Source of the DNA: Vitrella brassicaformis CCMP3155
Lineage: Eukaryota; Protista; Chromerida
NCBI GenBank assembly: GCA_001179505.1
Contig: CDMY01000570.1
Coordinates: 1-49,514, forward strand
Reading direction: 5' to 3'
DNA: 49,514 nt
Made by a program: the position numbers and the translations under genes
The notes under the pieces: generated by a model
Told to the model about the DNA's origin: nothing
Databases searched by the model: none
What the model saw: only the letters and a program-made list of their open reading frames with translations
In this document: positions 23,801 through 44,171 of the stretch, one piece after another
How positions within the stretch are numbered: the first letter of the stretch is position 1
Layout of the letters: every line of letters starts with the position of its first letter

Positions 23801-26800
23801 GGCTTCGACCTTCTCAAATTGCTGCACACACACACAGACACAGACGCGCAACCACATCTCTCTCTCCGTGTGTGTGTGTTGTGGAGGCAGGGCACCCACC
23901 GGCATCGCGGCATCTTCCAGCTGCTGCTTCGCGGCCTCCTTCTCAGCCAGCAATGTCTGCACCCACCCACACACACACGGAGACCGCCTGCGATCCCCCC
24001 CGCCCCCCATGCAGCCACATGTGCTGTGCTGTGACTCGCCTGTGAGTTCTCGGCCTCCTTGGCGAGTTTGTCGGCCTTCTGCTGGGCCTCCTCTGCGCGC
24101 GTGCGGTGCCTGGCGGCCTCGAGACGGAGCCGACTGACGTCGTTCTTGAGCTCGCTGAGTGCTGCAGGCACACAGACAGACACACACACGGATGGATGGA
24201 TGGATGGTCACGCAGAGATTTGTCTTCGGGGCTCTCTCTCCCTCCCTCCCAGTGTGTGTGTGTGTGTGTGTGAGGGGGTGAGGGATGGAGTGTGCGTACC
24301 CTTCTCGGCTTTCTGGAGCTTCTCTTTCTGTTTCTTGACCTCGGGGGGCTCGGCGTTGCTGATTTTGGCCGTCAACCTACACACACACACACATGGAGGG
24401 ATGGTGATGGTGGTGGTGGTGGGGCGTTGGGGGGGCTCGCTAAGTCACTCACTCTTGTATCTGCTTGTTGATAGCGTCCAGCGGGGCCTTGCGCCTCTCC
24501 ACCTCCGCCGATGATGTGTCCATCTGACAGACACCCGCCCCACCCACACATGAATGAGAGAAGGGCAAGGGCAAAGGAGGCGGCGAGGGAAAGGGAGAGG
24601 GGGGCCACCTGACTGACCTTTTGTTTGAGTCGCTCGAGGTCTTTCTTCTCCTTGTCGGTGAGCTTGGGCACCTTCAGGCTCGCCAGCTGCTGCTCGGCTT
24701 CCTTCACCTGCACACACCACATAACACCACATAATCTGCCTATGCCTATGTTNNNNNNNNNNNNNNNNNNNNNNNNNNNNNNNNNNNNNNNNNNNNNNNN
24801 NNNNNNNNNNNNNNNNNNNNNNNNNNNNNNNNNNNNNNNNNNNNNNNNNNNNNNNNNNNNNNNNNNNNNNNNNNNNNNNNNNNNNNNNNNNNNNNNNNNN
24901 NNNNNNNNNNNNNNNNNNNNNNNNNNNNNNNNNNNNNNNNNNNNNNNNNNNNNNNNNNNNNNNNNNNNNNNNNNNNNNNNNNNNNNNNNNNNNNNNNNNN
25001 NNNNNNNNNNNNNNNNNNNNNNNNNNNNNNNNNNNNNNNNNNNNNNNNNNNNGGGGGACCGACCTGTTTGGCGTTCTGCTCTAGGTCTAGCTTTAGCATC
25101 GGCAGGTTGGCGCGCCACTCGTCCATCTGTTTCTCCAACTCAGCTACCTTCGCATTCACAGCGTCCTGCACACACACACACATGGGTGGGTGCATCAGGT
25201 CGGTCGCTTGGCTGTTTAGCTGCCTGCCTTACAAGCCGCTCCTTGGCCTGGCCGCACTGCTGCTTGGCCTGCTGTGCGGATGCCAGCGCCTCGGCCAGCT
25301 GCTGCTGCGACACTCGGGGACCGCCGCGCGCGCCGCCCATCCCACAAAGATTCGCGGAGAGACCTAGGTGGGTGATCGGTTGGTCGATCGATCGACACAC
25401 CACACACAGCACATGGCAGAGAGGGGGGTCATTTGCATGGGAGTGGAGGGTGGGAGAAGGATTGGTAGCTTACGGCCTCCCGTCATTGCGCCGGTGGTGT
25501 CGATGACGTCACCCGTCAGACAGGTGACTGTCGCGTAGGCACACACACACACACACACATGTCGCGATGGTGGTCAGCACAAGCACAAAGTCACACCGTA
25601 CTGACTCTTGTATTTGGGCGGTGCGTTCCTGTCGCCCGCAGGGTAGGCCACCTCTGCCGCCTGCATGCCTCACACACACAGACGAACACACGGATGGATG
25701 GATGGATTGAAGCGTGTATGCTATGCTTGCTCACCGTGTTGATATCTTCGGCAACGAGGGTCTCCCGGCAGAAGTAGTAGAAGGCCAGCTGCACCACGCA
25801 AAAGACGACAAGCGAGCCATTGTGTGGGTCGGGAGGGGGGTGTCGGGGCTCTCTGCGCCACCTTACCCTATACTCCTCTTTGGTAGGTGTGATGAGGTCC
25901 AGCAACTTGGGCAGGTCTGATTGACGGACACATACAGGTCTGAGATCGTGTAGAGAGGTGTGTGTGTGTGTGTGTGTATATGGGCGACAGAGAGGACCTC
26001 TGGGCGGCTTCATCTCCTTCAGACGCTCCAGCTTGGGAAGCAGCGCCTTCAACACACACACCCACAGCCATCCATCCATCCATCCGTCCATCGGTGTGTG
26101 TGGACCTGCTGCCTCTCCATGACAAGGCACGTGACGCGCTCGCCCTTGTCTCGCGCAGCCAGGAACTCCAACACCGCCTGCAGCCACCCGCCCCGCCCAT
26201 CCGCCCGTTCACACGCCGACTTAATGAGTGAGTGGCCTGGTTCGGTTCACCTGTGCGTCTTGTGTGGTGTTGACGACCACGTAGTCCACCGCACCGGGGC
26301 CGACAGCAGCGGTCAAGGCCATGTTGTACTAACACACAAACACACACACATAGACATGAGACCAGGATGGATGGATGGGCGTGGGCAAGTGGGCACATAC
26401 ACACCACACACGGACCTTCTCATCGATGCGCCCGAGGTCGCCAAGACGCCCCTTGACGCCACCCAACCTGACACACACACACACACACACACATGCCGAG
26501 AGTGGCCGTGTGTGAGGGTGCTATGATGAGCGTACTCGCCCCTCCGCTGCGCGTCCATGATAGCCGTGAAGACGCTCTCCTGCGCGTGATCGTCGTGCTG
26601 GCTCTTGAGGCGGTCGTGCACTCCGGCCAGGTCGGTCTCGCGCTTGAGCAACGAGTCATGCTGCAGCACAGCACCACAGGTGGACACGGACAGATGCCTG
26701 TGTGTGAGTTGTGTTGTGTGTGAGGGTGGGAGGGACGTACCTTCTTCTGCAGCTGCTCCTTCTCCTTGGTGGCCTGTTGGTGTCCGTCGACACACACAGA

Positions 26801-28855
26801 GGGGAGAGGGTGGGGTCTGGAAAGGGTGGTCTGATACGTACCTTGGCGAGTTCCTTGGTGCCGTCACGGAGGTCCTGCTCACACGTCTTGACTGCCTGCA
26901 CACACACACACACACACACAATGACGGATAGCCACCTGTGTGTGTGTGTATGGCGGCCCACCAAGCTTGGTCACCTACCTGCGATTTGGTCTCGCGCTCC
27001 TCATGGCCTGCAGGGGCACACGGAGAGAGAGAGAGAGAGAGATGAGCACGTGTCTGTGTGAGTGTGAGTGTGTGTGGTCTTGACAATAATACATTTCTTG
27101 AGGGTGGCTTCGAGGGTGTCTTTGCGTTTCTGCGCGGCGCCGGTCTTCTCAGCCAGACACTGGTTCGCATGCTGCACACGCACAGACAGACAGACAGACA
27201 GAGACAATGAGAGAGAGAGCGGGAGAGAATGAGTTGAGTTGCTTCTCCCTCTGTGTGTGTGTGTGTGTGGTGCTTGCCTTGTCTTGCTCGAACGCCTGTT
27301 GGGCCTTCTCGAAGTCAGCTGCCACACCACCACCACCACCACACACACTCAGGAATGCACACGAAGATGCACACGGCCGGCCGGCCGGCGGACCTTGCAG
27401 ATTGACTTGCTGCTCGATGAGCCTTTCCTTCTCCTGAGTGTCCTTGTCGGTCTCGCCCATGCGGGAGCTCTTGACCTCCCTGTACTTGGCCTTCTCGTCG
27501 CGCACACTCGCCTCGGCGTCGGACACCTTCAGCCACACACACAGACAGACAGACAGACAGAAACAGTCAGTTGTGTGAGGGTGTGAGAGTTTGTGATGGG
27601 GGATGGGGTGTAGGCGGACCTACCTTGCTCTCCTTGTCAGCGGCTGTCTTCTCGTTGTTATCGGCTTTTTTGATCAGATCGGCCGCTTTCTTGCGCAGCG
27701 CCTTGGCCTCCTCCTACACACACACACACACATCCACACACAATATGGGCACAGACAGAAGAGCGTGTGTGTGCGTGTGGCTGCGGTGCGGTGCCTTCTT
27801 CGCGGGGGCTTTCTTGGTCAGATCGGCGATCTCCGCCTGACAGACGAAGACACAGAGAGGATCACACACACACACACATAGACAGACAGTGCGTCCGTCC
27901 GTCTGTGTGGCTGTGTGGCTGTGTGTGTGTGCAGAGGGTGGTGTACATCGAGCTTGGCGTCGCGGTTCTGGAACACCTGAAACTCGTCATTGGCCTACAC
28001 CCACACCACACCCACACGCATGCAGCCCAGCCATCCGTCCGTCGTGTGTGTGTGTGTGTTTGTGCCAGCCACGCAGGGCTGCACACACAACACACCTTCT
28101 TGTACTCATTCTGCAGCGCCTTCTCCTCCCTGACGAGCTGACTAACGCGGGAGTCCACCTGACACACACATCCACCACCACCACCAAAAGAGAGAGAGAG
28201 AGAGAGAGGATGCTGCCCTGCCACCCCCACACACACAAACGCATTCATTGTGTCCACAGACGTAGCTACCTCCTTCTGTCGCTCGGCGGCCTCTCTCTGC
28301 TTCTGCTCGTGCTGCTGCAGCTCGCTCTCCACGGCCTGATGGACGGACGGATGGCGCCCATACCACGAGTAGGCCTTTTTGTGTGGGGTGTGTGGGGTGT
28401 GCTGTGCCTGGTAGGCCTGTTTCTGCTCCTCATATCGCCCGGAGAGTTTCTGCAGCCGACGAACACGCACCCACACCACACACACAGACAAGAGGGGCGT
28501 GGGTGTGTCGGCCTCATGAGATTCCCCGACACCCACCCACCCCACCCACCCGCAGCTCGAGCTGCTCCTTGAGCGCCTTGTTGACGAGGATGGTCTTCTC
28601 GCCGTTCACCCAGGCCTCAGCCTTGCGCCGCGCAGCTGACATGTCATTTGCACACACGCACATACACACACACAGACATAGACATACACAGCCATCCATA
28701 CCACGGAGGTGATCTAGTGCACCTTACCCTCTAGGGAGTCCTTCTCCTCTTGGGCCACCTGCAGATCGGCCCACTTGACCGACACCTGCAGCACACATGA
28801 GTGACGAAATGGGGCGGGTCTGGTCTGGTCTGGTGGCCATCTCCCTCTCTCCCTC

Positions 28856-28891
<36 letters not shown>

Positions 28892-29592
28892 TGTGTGTGT
28901 GTCTGTGTGTGTGTGTGTGTAAACAAAACAAGATGCCTACGGTCTGTTTGAGCTCCTCGGTCTTGTCACGCCACTCGACGATCTTCTGGATGTACCTTCA
29001 TACGACGCACACAGCCACACAGCGGAATGGAGGGATGGGCGTGTGGGTGTGGGTGTGCCCAAGGCCTATATACTGTGAAGAGCCGATGACGTCTTCCAGG
29101 TACTCGAGAAACCCCTCATCGTGGTCGTTCTGACACACACCGTGCGAAGGATGTGCGTGTGCGTGTTGGTGCGAGTGCGTGGCCACGCACTCCTCTCGTT
29201 TGCTTACCGGTGCTTTGGGCTTCATGGCTGCGATCTGCTCCACCTCCCCCTGTGTGTATGTGTGGGCGTCAATGCCATCTATCCATTAGAGGGGCGAGTG
29301 GGTGTGCGCCTGCCTGTAGGATGAGGAATCGGTTGTGCGTGAGGTCGATGCCGTGCTGCCGCAGCGCGTGGGTCACGTTGGCCATGGTCGCCTGACGGTC
29401 CTGCACACCCACACACAGCACAGCATCATAGCCGTCTACCCATCCATCCAGCTCTCTCTCTCCCTGTGCGTGGGTGGTTGCATCGTTCATTACGTTGATG
29501 TAGTATGTGGAGGAGTTGTCCTTGCCCGCCCTCCGGCTGATGCGGAACTCCGACCCCTCGACGACACGATAGCCCACCGGATCGTCATCAGG

Positions 29593-29628
<36 letters not shown>

Positions 29629-30313
29629 GGAGAGAGAGAGAGAATGGTCTCAATGCACCCGCAGAGAGAGAGAGAGGAAGAGAAAGAGAGAGACCGACCA
29701 AGCGACCACCCCACTGCCCAGTCACCATATCGACAATCTCCTGGAAGTCCACGGTCACCTTGGCAGAGTCGGGCTGGCTGCTGCTGCTGTGGTGCACGAG
29801 CTCCGCCACCCGGTTCATGCGGATCTTGCGGGCCTTCTTGGCGAACACAAAGAGGAAGGCGTCCAGCACGTTGGACTTGCCGCTGCCGTTCGGCCCCAGG
29901 ATGCCGTTCATCCGCTGCGCAGCCGTTGTGTGGACGCACAGACACACACACACACACACATTTCTATCAGATGCACTTCTGTGGAGTGTGTGTTGCGTAC
30001 GTGGCTGAAGGTGCCGAGGATCTTCTTGCCCGAATACGATTTGAAGTTCTCTAGCGTCACCTGGCACCCATAACAAGGAGGAGAACCATCCATCCATCCA
30101 CATGGCTGGCTGTTTGTCTGTGGCTGAGCTCACCTTTCTGATCATGAGCCTGGGCTTCCCAGTGCCGCCCGCCCCGTCCTTGCCGTCCTTGTCATTCCCG
30201 TTCGCTCTGGCCAACACGCCATCTCCGCCACCTGCCGCGGCTGCCGCTGCTGCTGCGGCTGCTGCCGGCGGTGTTGGCGGCACTGGGCGCCGCAGACGGT
30301 CCCTCTTGTCCAT
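20813..30313 (-). CDS. SMC4: Structural maintenance of chromosomes protein 4 (condensin subunit), many exons
   Basis: N-terminal head: RLMIRK|VTLENFKSYSGK, Walker A GPNGSGKSNVLDAFLFVF, GIDLTHNRFLILQ|GEVEQIAAMKPK, DEGFLEYLEDVIGS. Hinge exons: LAFYYFCRETLVAEDIN, VTCLTGDVIDTTGAMTGG. C-terminal head: [48 protein letters not shown]. Confidence 0.97.
24753..25052. other. Assembly gap (300 N) inside an SMC4 intron
   Basis: Flanking exons DLEQNAKQ| and |VKEAEQQLASLK have a GT donor and an AG acceptor on either side of the gap, both phase 0. Confidence 0.9.
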
Positions 30314-30350
30314 CTCACTCAGTCAACCACGGCCCATGCGATGCATTCAC

Positions 30351-30396
30351 TGGGTTTGGAGTGTAGGGTTTAGGGTTTGGGTGTAAAACCCTACAG
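30351..30396. promoter_or_regulatory. Telomere-like TTTAGGG / telo-box cluster upstream of SMC4
   Basis: tgggtttggagtgtagggtttagggtttgggtgtaaaaccctacag lies about 40-80 bp upstream of the SMC4 ATG. A regulatory role is inferred. Confidence 0.45.
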
Positions 30397-30576
30397 TCCT
30401 GCTGATTGGATTGCAATGGGCCATCCCCCTCCCTCGTTGTCTGTCTGTCTGCCTGCCTCGCCCACTGGCAGGTAGACAGATGCCCATCATCATGGGGATG
30501 CATTGCTTCGGTCGGTCGGTCGGTCTGTCTGTATGTCTGGTTTGCGTCAACTGCACATCAGGCTTGTACATCAATG

Positions 30577-31511
30577 TCATGAAGACGACGTTGATTCCTT
30601 GTCCTTGTTGGCCGCAACGGCGACCTCGAAGCCGCCATAGCCGGCGACCAATGCAGCGTCCTGCATTCCAGCCAGCCATCCATCCATCTGTCTGTCTGTC
30701 TGTGTGTTGTGTGTGTGGGTGTGGGTGTGCTGTGTGTTAACGTGCCTCTGATATGGGCTCGATGGACATGGTGGCTTTGACGTGGTCCAAACCGGGCTCG
30801 CTCAACAGAGAACCTGCACACACAGACACACACACACACACACATAGAGAGAGAGAGAGAGAGGGAGAGAGGGATGGGCACGTGTGCTGGTGTGGGTTTG
30901 TCTGTCTGTCGGCGGTTTACCGTCCATTGCCCATTTGAAGAGGAAGGGGTCCTCGTGTCCAGTGAAGATGACGCTCTCGTGCAGCCGCACTGACATGCTG
31001 CATACACACACACACACACACATCCCTCTATCCATCCTTCTTCCTCTCATGTGCGACCGACATGTTGGTCATGGTGGGCATGGCCGCAATGAGCCGCATC
31101 GTCGGCAGGGTGTACAGGAAGGCCATCCGAGCGCCTCCACCTGCACACACACACACACGCGCGCCGATGACATTAATGAGATGGTGTGTGTGTGCTTGTG
31201 TGCTTGTGTGCTTGTGTGCGTGTCGGGGTGTACCATACCAGCCACCAGCCAATGGCCAAGAGGGTCACAATCAACGCTCGACAGATGGTGCGGCGCGAAA
31301 GGGGCTGAGAAACCACACACACACACACACACTCGCACAGCACAGCACATGTCCTCCCGTGTGGCTGTGTGTTATGTGGGTGTGCGGAGAGGTACGTGTG
31401 GGCTCGGTGGGGGCGTTGGTTGCTGGCGTGAAGGACGACACGTGTGCACCGCTGCGGGGGTCTGCACACACACACATTAGACGTATACTGGTTGGTCGTG
31501 TACCTCTCTCC

Positions 31512-31550
<39 letters not shown>

Positions 31551-32595
31551 TGTATGTGTGTGTGTGTGGATGTACCGAAGAATCGCAGGCAGCCGTCCTC
31601 AGAGGCCGTGACAAGCTGACCACCACAACAACAACCCAACACAGGTACAAAACACAACACGAAGCTCTCTCTTTGTCCTGTCTGTGCCGATTCAATCATA
31701 TCATTACCTGCTTCGTCTGTCCGGGGACGTACTTCATCTCGTGGATGACCACTTTGGGGCCCCCGGTGTTTACCGTTCCCATCTTCCGGACATCTGCACA
31801 CACACGCACCTCGGACCACACACGCACCTATCTGTGTGTGCGTGTGTTGCCTGAGGGGGGAGAGAGAGATTCCCTCCCTACCGGGTGTGTTGAGGTCGTG
31901 GACGATGAACGAGCCGTCGGTGGACGCGGCAATGAAGAGATGGTTCCTCTGTCACACAGACACACACAGACAGACGAATGGATGGATGGATGGATGGGCC
32001 ATCGTCCTGTGTGTGTGTGTGTGGCAGTTACGTCTGTGTCGATAGCCAAAGCCACGTTGACCGAGCTGCTCTCCTGCACACACACCCCACCCCACACACG
32101 CCACACACGCCACACGCGGGCATGAGAGTGTGTGTGTGTGTGTGTGTGCAGGGAGACGAATGATCGAGGACACACAAACCGGCAGAGGGATCTCTCTCGG
32201 ATGCACCCCCCGAACCTCCCCTGCAACTCCACCACACACACACACATATGAGCCACCAGCAAAGGTCAACGAGTGTTGGTTGATGCCTACCGGTGGTCCG
32301 ATTGCCCTCGTCGCACACCTCCTGCCAGTTCCACACGTGCACCCGGCCGTGCGCAGCCCTGCACACACACATACGTGTGGATCCCCTTGAGCAGACAGGC
32401 CTACAGGCACACGCGGCCTATCTGTGCGTGAGGGCGTGAGTGCCCACGAGATGAGCCTGTTGGTGGCACTGTGGAAGGCGGTGGCCAGGACGGGCTTCGT
32501 GTGGGCATGGGGGAGGGAGAACAGCTTCACCACAGATCGACCGCTGAGTCACTCATTGCACACACATCGATAGGCCGACATCCGTCTGTCATGGT

Positions 32596-32644
<49 letters not shown>

Positions 32645-32780
32645 TGTGTATTTCTGTGCCGGCTCACTCTTCGTTGACTGCGAGTGCCGTCAGAGAGCCG
32701 TCGCGGTGGCCGTAGGCTATCTGCTGCTTGCTGCCTTGGCCGTGGCCGCAGAAGGAGGCCGTGCAGTGAATCGCGTCCAT
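30577..32780 (-). CDS. WD40-repeat protein, THOC6-like (THO/TREX subunit 6)
   Basis: Exons: IAYGHRDGSLTAL, HTKPVLATAFHS, GRVHVWNWQE, VNVALAID, LFIAASTDGS, LVTASEDGCLRFF, SSVDCDPLGHWLVAG|GGARMAFLY, IFTGHEDPFLFKWAMDG, ALVAGYGG. The WLVxGGG blade and this order resemble THOC6. Start and last exon frame are uncertain. Confidence 0.68.
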
Positions 32781-33013
32781 CTGGTATGATATGACCCAGG
32801 CCAGTCACTCCCCCGGGGCACGACAACAGGACAGGCAGACAAACAGATCTGACACACAAACAAAGAGATTGACTCATTCGATGAACCATTTACACGACCA
32901 AGTGAATGCGTGTGTGTACTTCTCGTGGGTTGCTCACCCTTGCTCCTTCTCGTCTTTGCTTGGAAAGCTCGCAAAAGATCTGCCATCAAAACCCGTCCGC
33001 AGAGATCTTTGTG

Positions 33014-40039
<7,026 letters not shown>

Positions 40040-40764
40040 CAACCGACCATGGCTGGAGTGTGTCTCGTGTGTGTTCGTGGCGCATCGACGGTAGGCTATA
40101 GTGTTGTGTGTAGTTGTATGTAATGTGTTGCACGGCCTCATTGCGGGCAGCTGTGGACGTGCCTTCCATTCACCGATCAATGCAGCTTTATTTGCCACCG
40201 CCAGACAGACACACAAGGTCAATGATTTGCGTTCCACTCACTGTTCACCACGCAGCACGCATCAACACATAATGGCTGTCGTGCCATCCGCCCTTGTCTC
40301 ACGTTGTCTTGCTACCATCCTTGGACAGTCAGCACCACTCTCTACAGTGTGGGGAAGGCTGCAAAGGCCTCACTGGCACATTCGGCGAGCGACTCCGCGG
40401 CGCCGACACTAATGTGCACGTCGAGTGACGAGACACGGCCACTCACTTCACTGCCTCTCTCTCCCCTGCCTCGCACAGCCCCCACTTCAGATCATATCCC
40501 CATCTGGCTGTCACGAATTGCCGACAGCCGGGCATGGTGATGTCCGTCACGGAAAATGGTACATGCGGTCCTCTCCTACTCTGCCTACTCGCTGGCTCTA
40601 CACGCCCAAACACTACGGCGTCCTGGCATTCGCGTGCAGGCACAAGAATAGGCAGAAGGCCTCTTATCAAACCCCTCCCCCCTCCCCCAACCAGCACAAC
40701 CATCTCCCAAACCCTCCTGGCTGCATCCTTTCTACCAACCCTCCCCTCCTCCCTCTCGACCCCC

Positions 40765-41835
40765 CTCCCATCCCACCTCACAAGCAGGCAACTTAGAGCC
40801 GCTGAGGGCCATCTCCACATACGCCCACCGAGCAACTGCCGCCGCGCCGGCCAACCCTGCGCCAACTCAGCCGAGTTGCTCCACGCAGACATGCGCACTG
40901 ATACCTCAGAGGGCGGCAGGCCGTCTGATGGGATGGACGACCAGCAAAGCAATTCTCACTCTTCCCGCAGACACAACGGCTCGGCGGAGAGTAAACCACA
41001 TGCAGACGGCACCAAGGCCAGCATTCGTCTTCACGAGAGCTCGATAAACGACGAATTGCCCGTGTCGACGGAGACACCGGCATGGCGATGCGATTCTCCT
41101 TCTCGTCAGTGCCAACACGGTGCCGCCGAGGCCACACCCGACCGGCCGCCAGGGCCGTCATTCCTTAGCGCCTCCTCGCGAGAACATGGTCGTCACCGAC
41201 GAGCTGCCTGGCCGGCTGCCGATCGATTGCAAGCCGCCCTCGATGCATCGACGGCCGTCACGGACAGGTCGAGGTCGGTGCACCGGCCCACCCCACGGCT
41301 CAATATCTGCACGCGGAACATGATAACACGGATACCCTCACAACGCGAAGACCCATCGGCGGCCGACTCTCCCTGCGCACCTGACAGTTCTAGCAGACCT
41401 CATCCGAGGCTCTCCGATGACTATAAAATGGAAGTCGCTGTCGATAGATGGATGGCTGACATCCCTACTGAATGAACGGGCAATCAACGCACAAACTGGG
41501 GTTGACCCGGAGGGCTTCCTCCCAGCGGCCACGACTTGCACACCCCGCAACCTTGGCGATACACACCTACAGCCACGACACCTAAGATACACAATGACAC
41601 CTAAGTGTCCAATGCACCTTGCCCTCGCCCGTGTCGCTTTTATCAGCCTAGCCTACCGCATCGCTGCTCGATGCAATCCATCATGACGGCTGCCGACCCA
41701 CAAGGGCGCATGAATGGGAAGCCCCAAATGGCCGGTGATGCGCCAATCGTGACAACCAGCCCTCGCCCCGCCCCGATGCGGCGCTGCGGCGCTTCGGATC
41801 CGCTGACGGAGAGGTGGAGGGGGGCGGTGCAGCAG
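40765..41835 (+). repeat. Dispersed degenerate repeat, copy B (inverted relative to 1-1090)
   Basis: See copy A. It is preceded by a C-rich tract (40670-40780) that mirrors the G-rich tract at 1055-1135. Confidence 0.92.
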
Positions 41836-42209
41836 GCCGTCAATCGGAAGATCCACAGACCTCACCCCACCCCGATGGCCGACAACATCTGCACGACGTA
41901 CAAAATGGCGATGCACCCGCAATGCGAAGACGCGCCGGCGGCCGAGTCTGCGCACCTGCGAGTGCGCCCCCCAGCGAACCGCTGGCAGACCTCATCCACG
42001 GCCTTGCGACTAGGGACCATAAGTGGGGGCCGCTGCCGAAGGACGGCTGCATGCTTGGATGAATGAATGAGCGGACGGACAGACCGATCGGCGGACTCAT
42101 GGGGGCTGGATGGAGTGAGCTGTGTGTGCACCGAATGCAGCACCCCAAATTGCAACATCCGACGAACTTGGGGGCTGGTCCGGGGGCTGAGAACGCCGCG
42201 ACTGACGCA

Positions 42210-43090
42210 CCCGAGGCACACCCTTGGACGGCAACACGCCCTTGGAATGACACCCAGCATATACAAAGACACGGAAGCGTCAAATGCACCCTTCCGTCGG
42301 GCAGCCCATTACCGCATAGGGTTTCCCTTCGCCGAGGCGCCTCATTCATCGGCCGCCGACTAAGCAAACCTGAAGTTACGACGCACGACAGACATACACA
42401 GACGAACAGATGATGAAGGAATGCACCCCCCGCGATGCTGGGCTCGTGCGTGCAGCGTGCAGTGCCTGCGGCCTACCTCACCGCCATGTGACCGCCACAT
42501 CATCTGGAGAGCATGACTGAGGGGGCCACGAGCCCCTTGGAGTGGACGGCAACACACCTGCAGCCATGGCACCCAGCCTCAATGACACGGAAGGCTCAAA
42601 GGCACCCTCCAGTTGCCCGTGGCGGTATACCTCATGCAGGGCTTCCCTCCGCCGAGGCGCCTCATCGGCCGCCGACGAAGCAAAGCTAAAGTTATGATAC
42701 ACACACGAACAGATGAAATGTATCCCCGCAATGCTACGTGTGTGCGTGCAGCCAACTGGCAGCCTACCTCAATGCTGCACATAATCACGGCTGTCGGAGT
42801 AGCATCTGCAACATGAAATGGCCACCTCCCCGATGGCCGATGACCACCCCCATCGTCCGGGAGGGTGCCCCGAGCCCCTTGGACGGCAACACACCTACAG
42901 TCATCGCACTCAATGACACGGAAGGCTCAAATGCACCCTCTAGTTGCCCGTGGCCGTCTACCGGTCATTCACCGGGCGCCTCCGCCGCCGACGAAGTAAA
43001 CCTGAAGTTGTGACGCACCACCCCCACACACATACGAACAGATGATGAACAAATGCACCCCCCGCGATGCTGTGCGTGTGCCTGCAGCCT
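42210..43090 (-). repeat. Three degenerate tandem copies (period about 320-335 bp) of an exon-intron cassette
   Basis: Anchors recur: ggacggcaacac at 42226/42544/42881, gacacggaag at 42268/42584/42915, gaacagatga at 42404/42707/43036. On the minus strand, copies 2 and 3 read HGQLEGAFEPSVSL. Confidence 0.85.
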
Positions 43091-44171
43091 CGCGAGGCCT
43101 CCGTCCCGGACTGCCGTCGACAGCAAGGGAAAGCACCTGCACCAAACAGCACCAACGACAGACAGACAGCACCAGCCATCCAATCGATGGCATGGAGGTG
43201 AGATGAGCAGCCAGCCAGCCAGTGGCAGTGCCTGTCACTTACCCTCCCCAGTAGCATGCCGCCAGTATGTTGAGACCTCACGGGAGACTCACGGGAGCAC
43301 ATCATCACGGCTGTCGGCGCATCATCTGCAGATCTGCAGAACATCAATGCCCACCTCGTCGATGGCAGATGACCACCACCATCGTCACAACCACCCTCCG
43401 CAGCACCGTGCAGCGGTGTTTTCAGGGTTTCGGGTTAGAGATCACAGCAGCTGAGCTTGCAGCGCCTTTCCGAAGCGCGGCCTTTCGGCGATGGCGAGAA
43501 GGGCGTCGACCACATCAACACCGATCCTCGGCGCATCTTACAAGTGGCCTGCCGCTGTGGTTGCAGACTGCTCGCCGCTGTCCTCCACCACTCCGCCGCC
43601 TCTATCTGCCACCAGCCGAGCAGCAGTAGACCACACCACATCGCTGCGGCCTGGCGACCACCTGACGAAGACAAAGAGAGGGAGAGGACCGCTGCGGCGG
43701 CGGATGGCGGTGTTTCTCGCTGCCTGGCGGCTGGCTGGCGTGTCCGCGGCTGCCCGCACCCTCCAGACGGCAGATCCAGTGTTTCTCAGCACTTTTAATT
43801 CCTTCGCTGTCTCGGCGAGAAAATCCCACGGCTTAGCTCGCAGATTATTTCAGCACAGAGAGGGCAGACCAGACACAGCAGAGGACTGAGAAAGTGTGTG
43901 GTTGGCCTCTGTGTGTGCAGGAACGGACCTGTCGAAGGAAAACTCGGTTCCTTCAGCGATTTCGGCTGGAGGGCTCTGGCCGTCTGTGGAGCATTGCAGA
44001 GGTCACGAGGACCGCTGAATGGCCTCACTCAGGTACAGAGGAGCCACGAACCATCACAGTGAACATCAATTGAATCGTCTGCGGGCTTGGTTTCAGGCGA
44101 TCTCGTGGCCCCCATTTGGTGCGAGCCGGAGACCCCCACATTGGTTCGGTTCTCGGCATTCTACCGGAAGA

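Noticed and set aside
42210-43090. CRISPR-like array
   Set aside because: Units are about 320 bp, degenerate along their whole length and contain splice-like signals. There are no short identical repeats with unique spacers and no cas genes, and the context is eukaryotic.
43450-43900. ORFs 43457-43798 and 43491-43889 as a gene
   Set aside because: No recognisable motif or consistent exon structure; possibly a gene relic or the USP upstream region.
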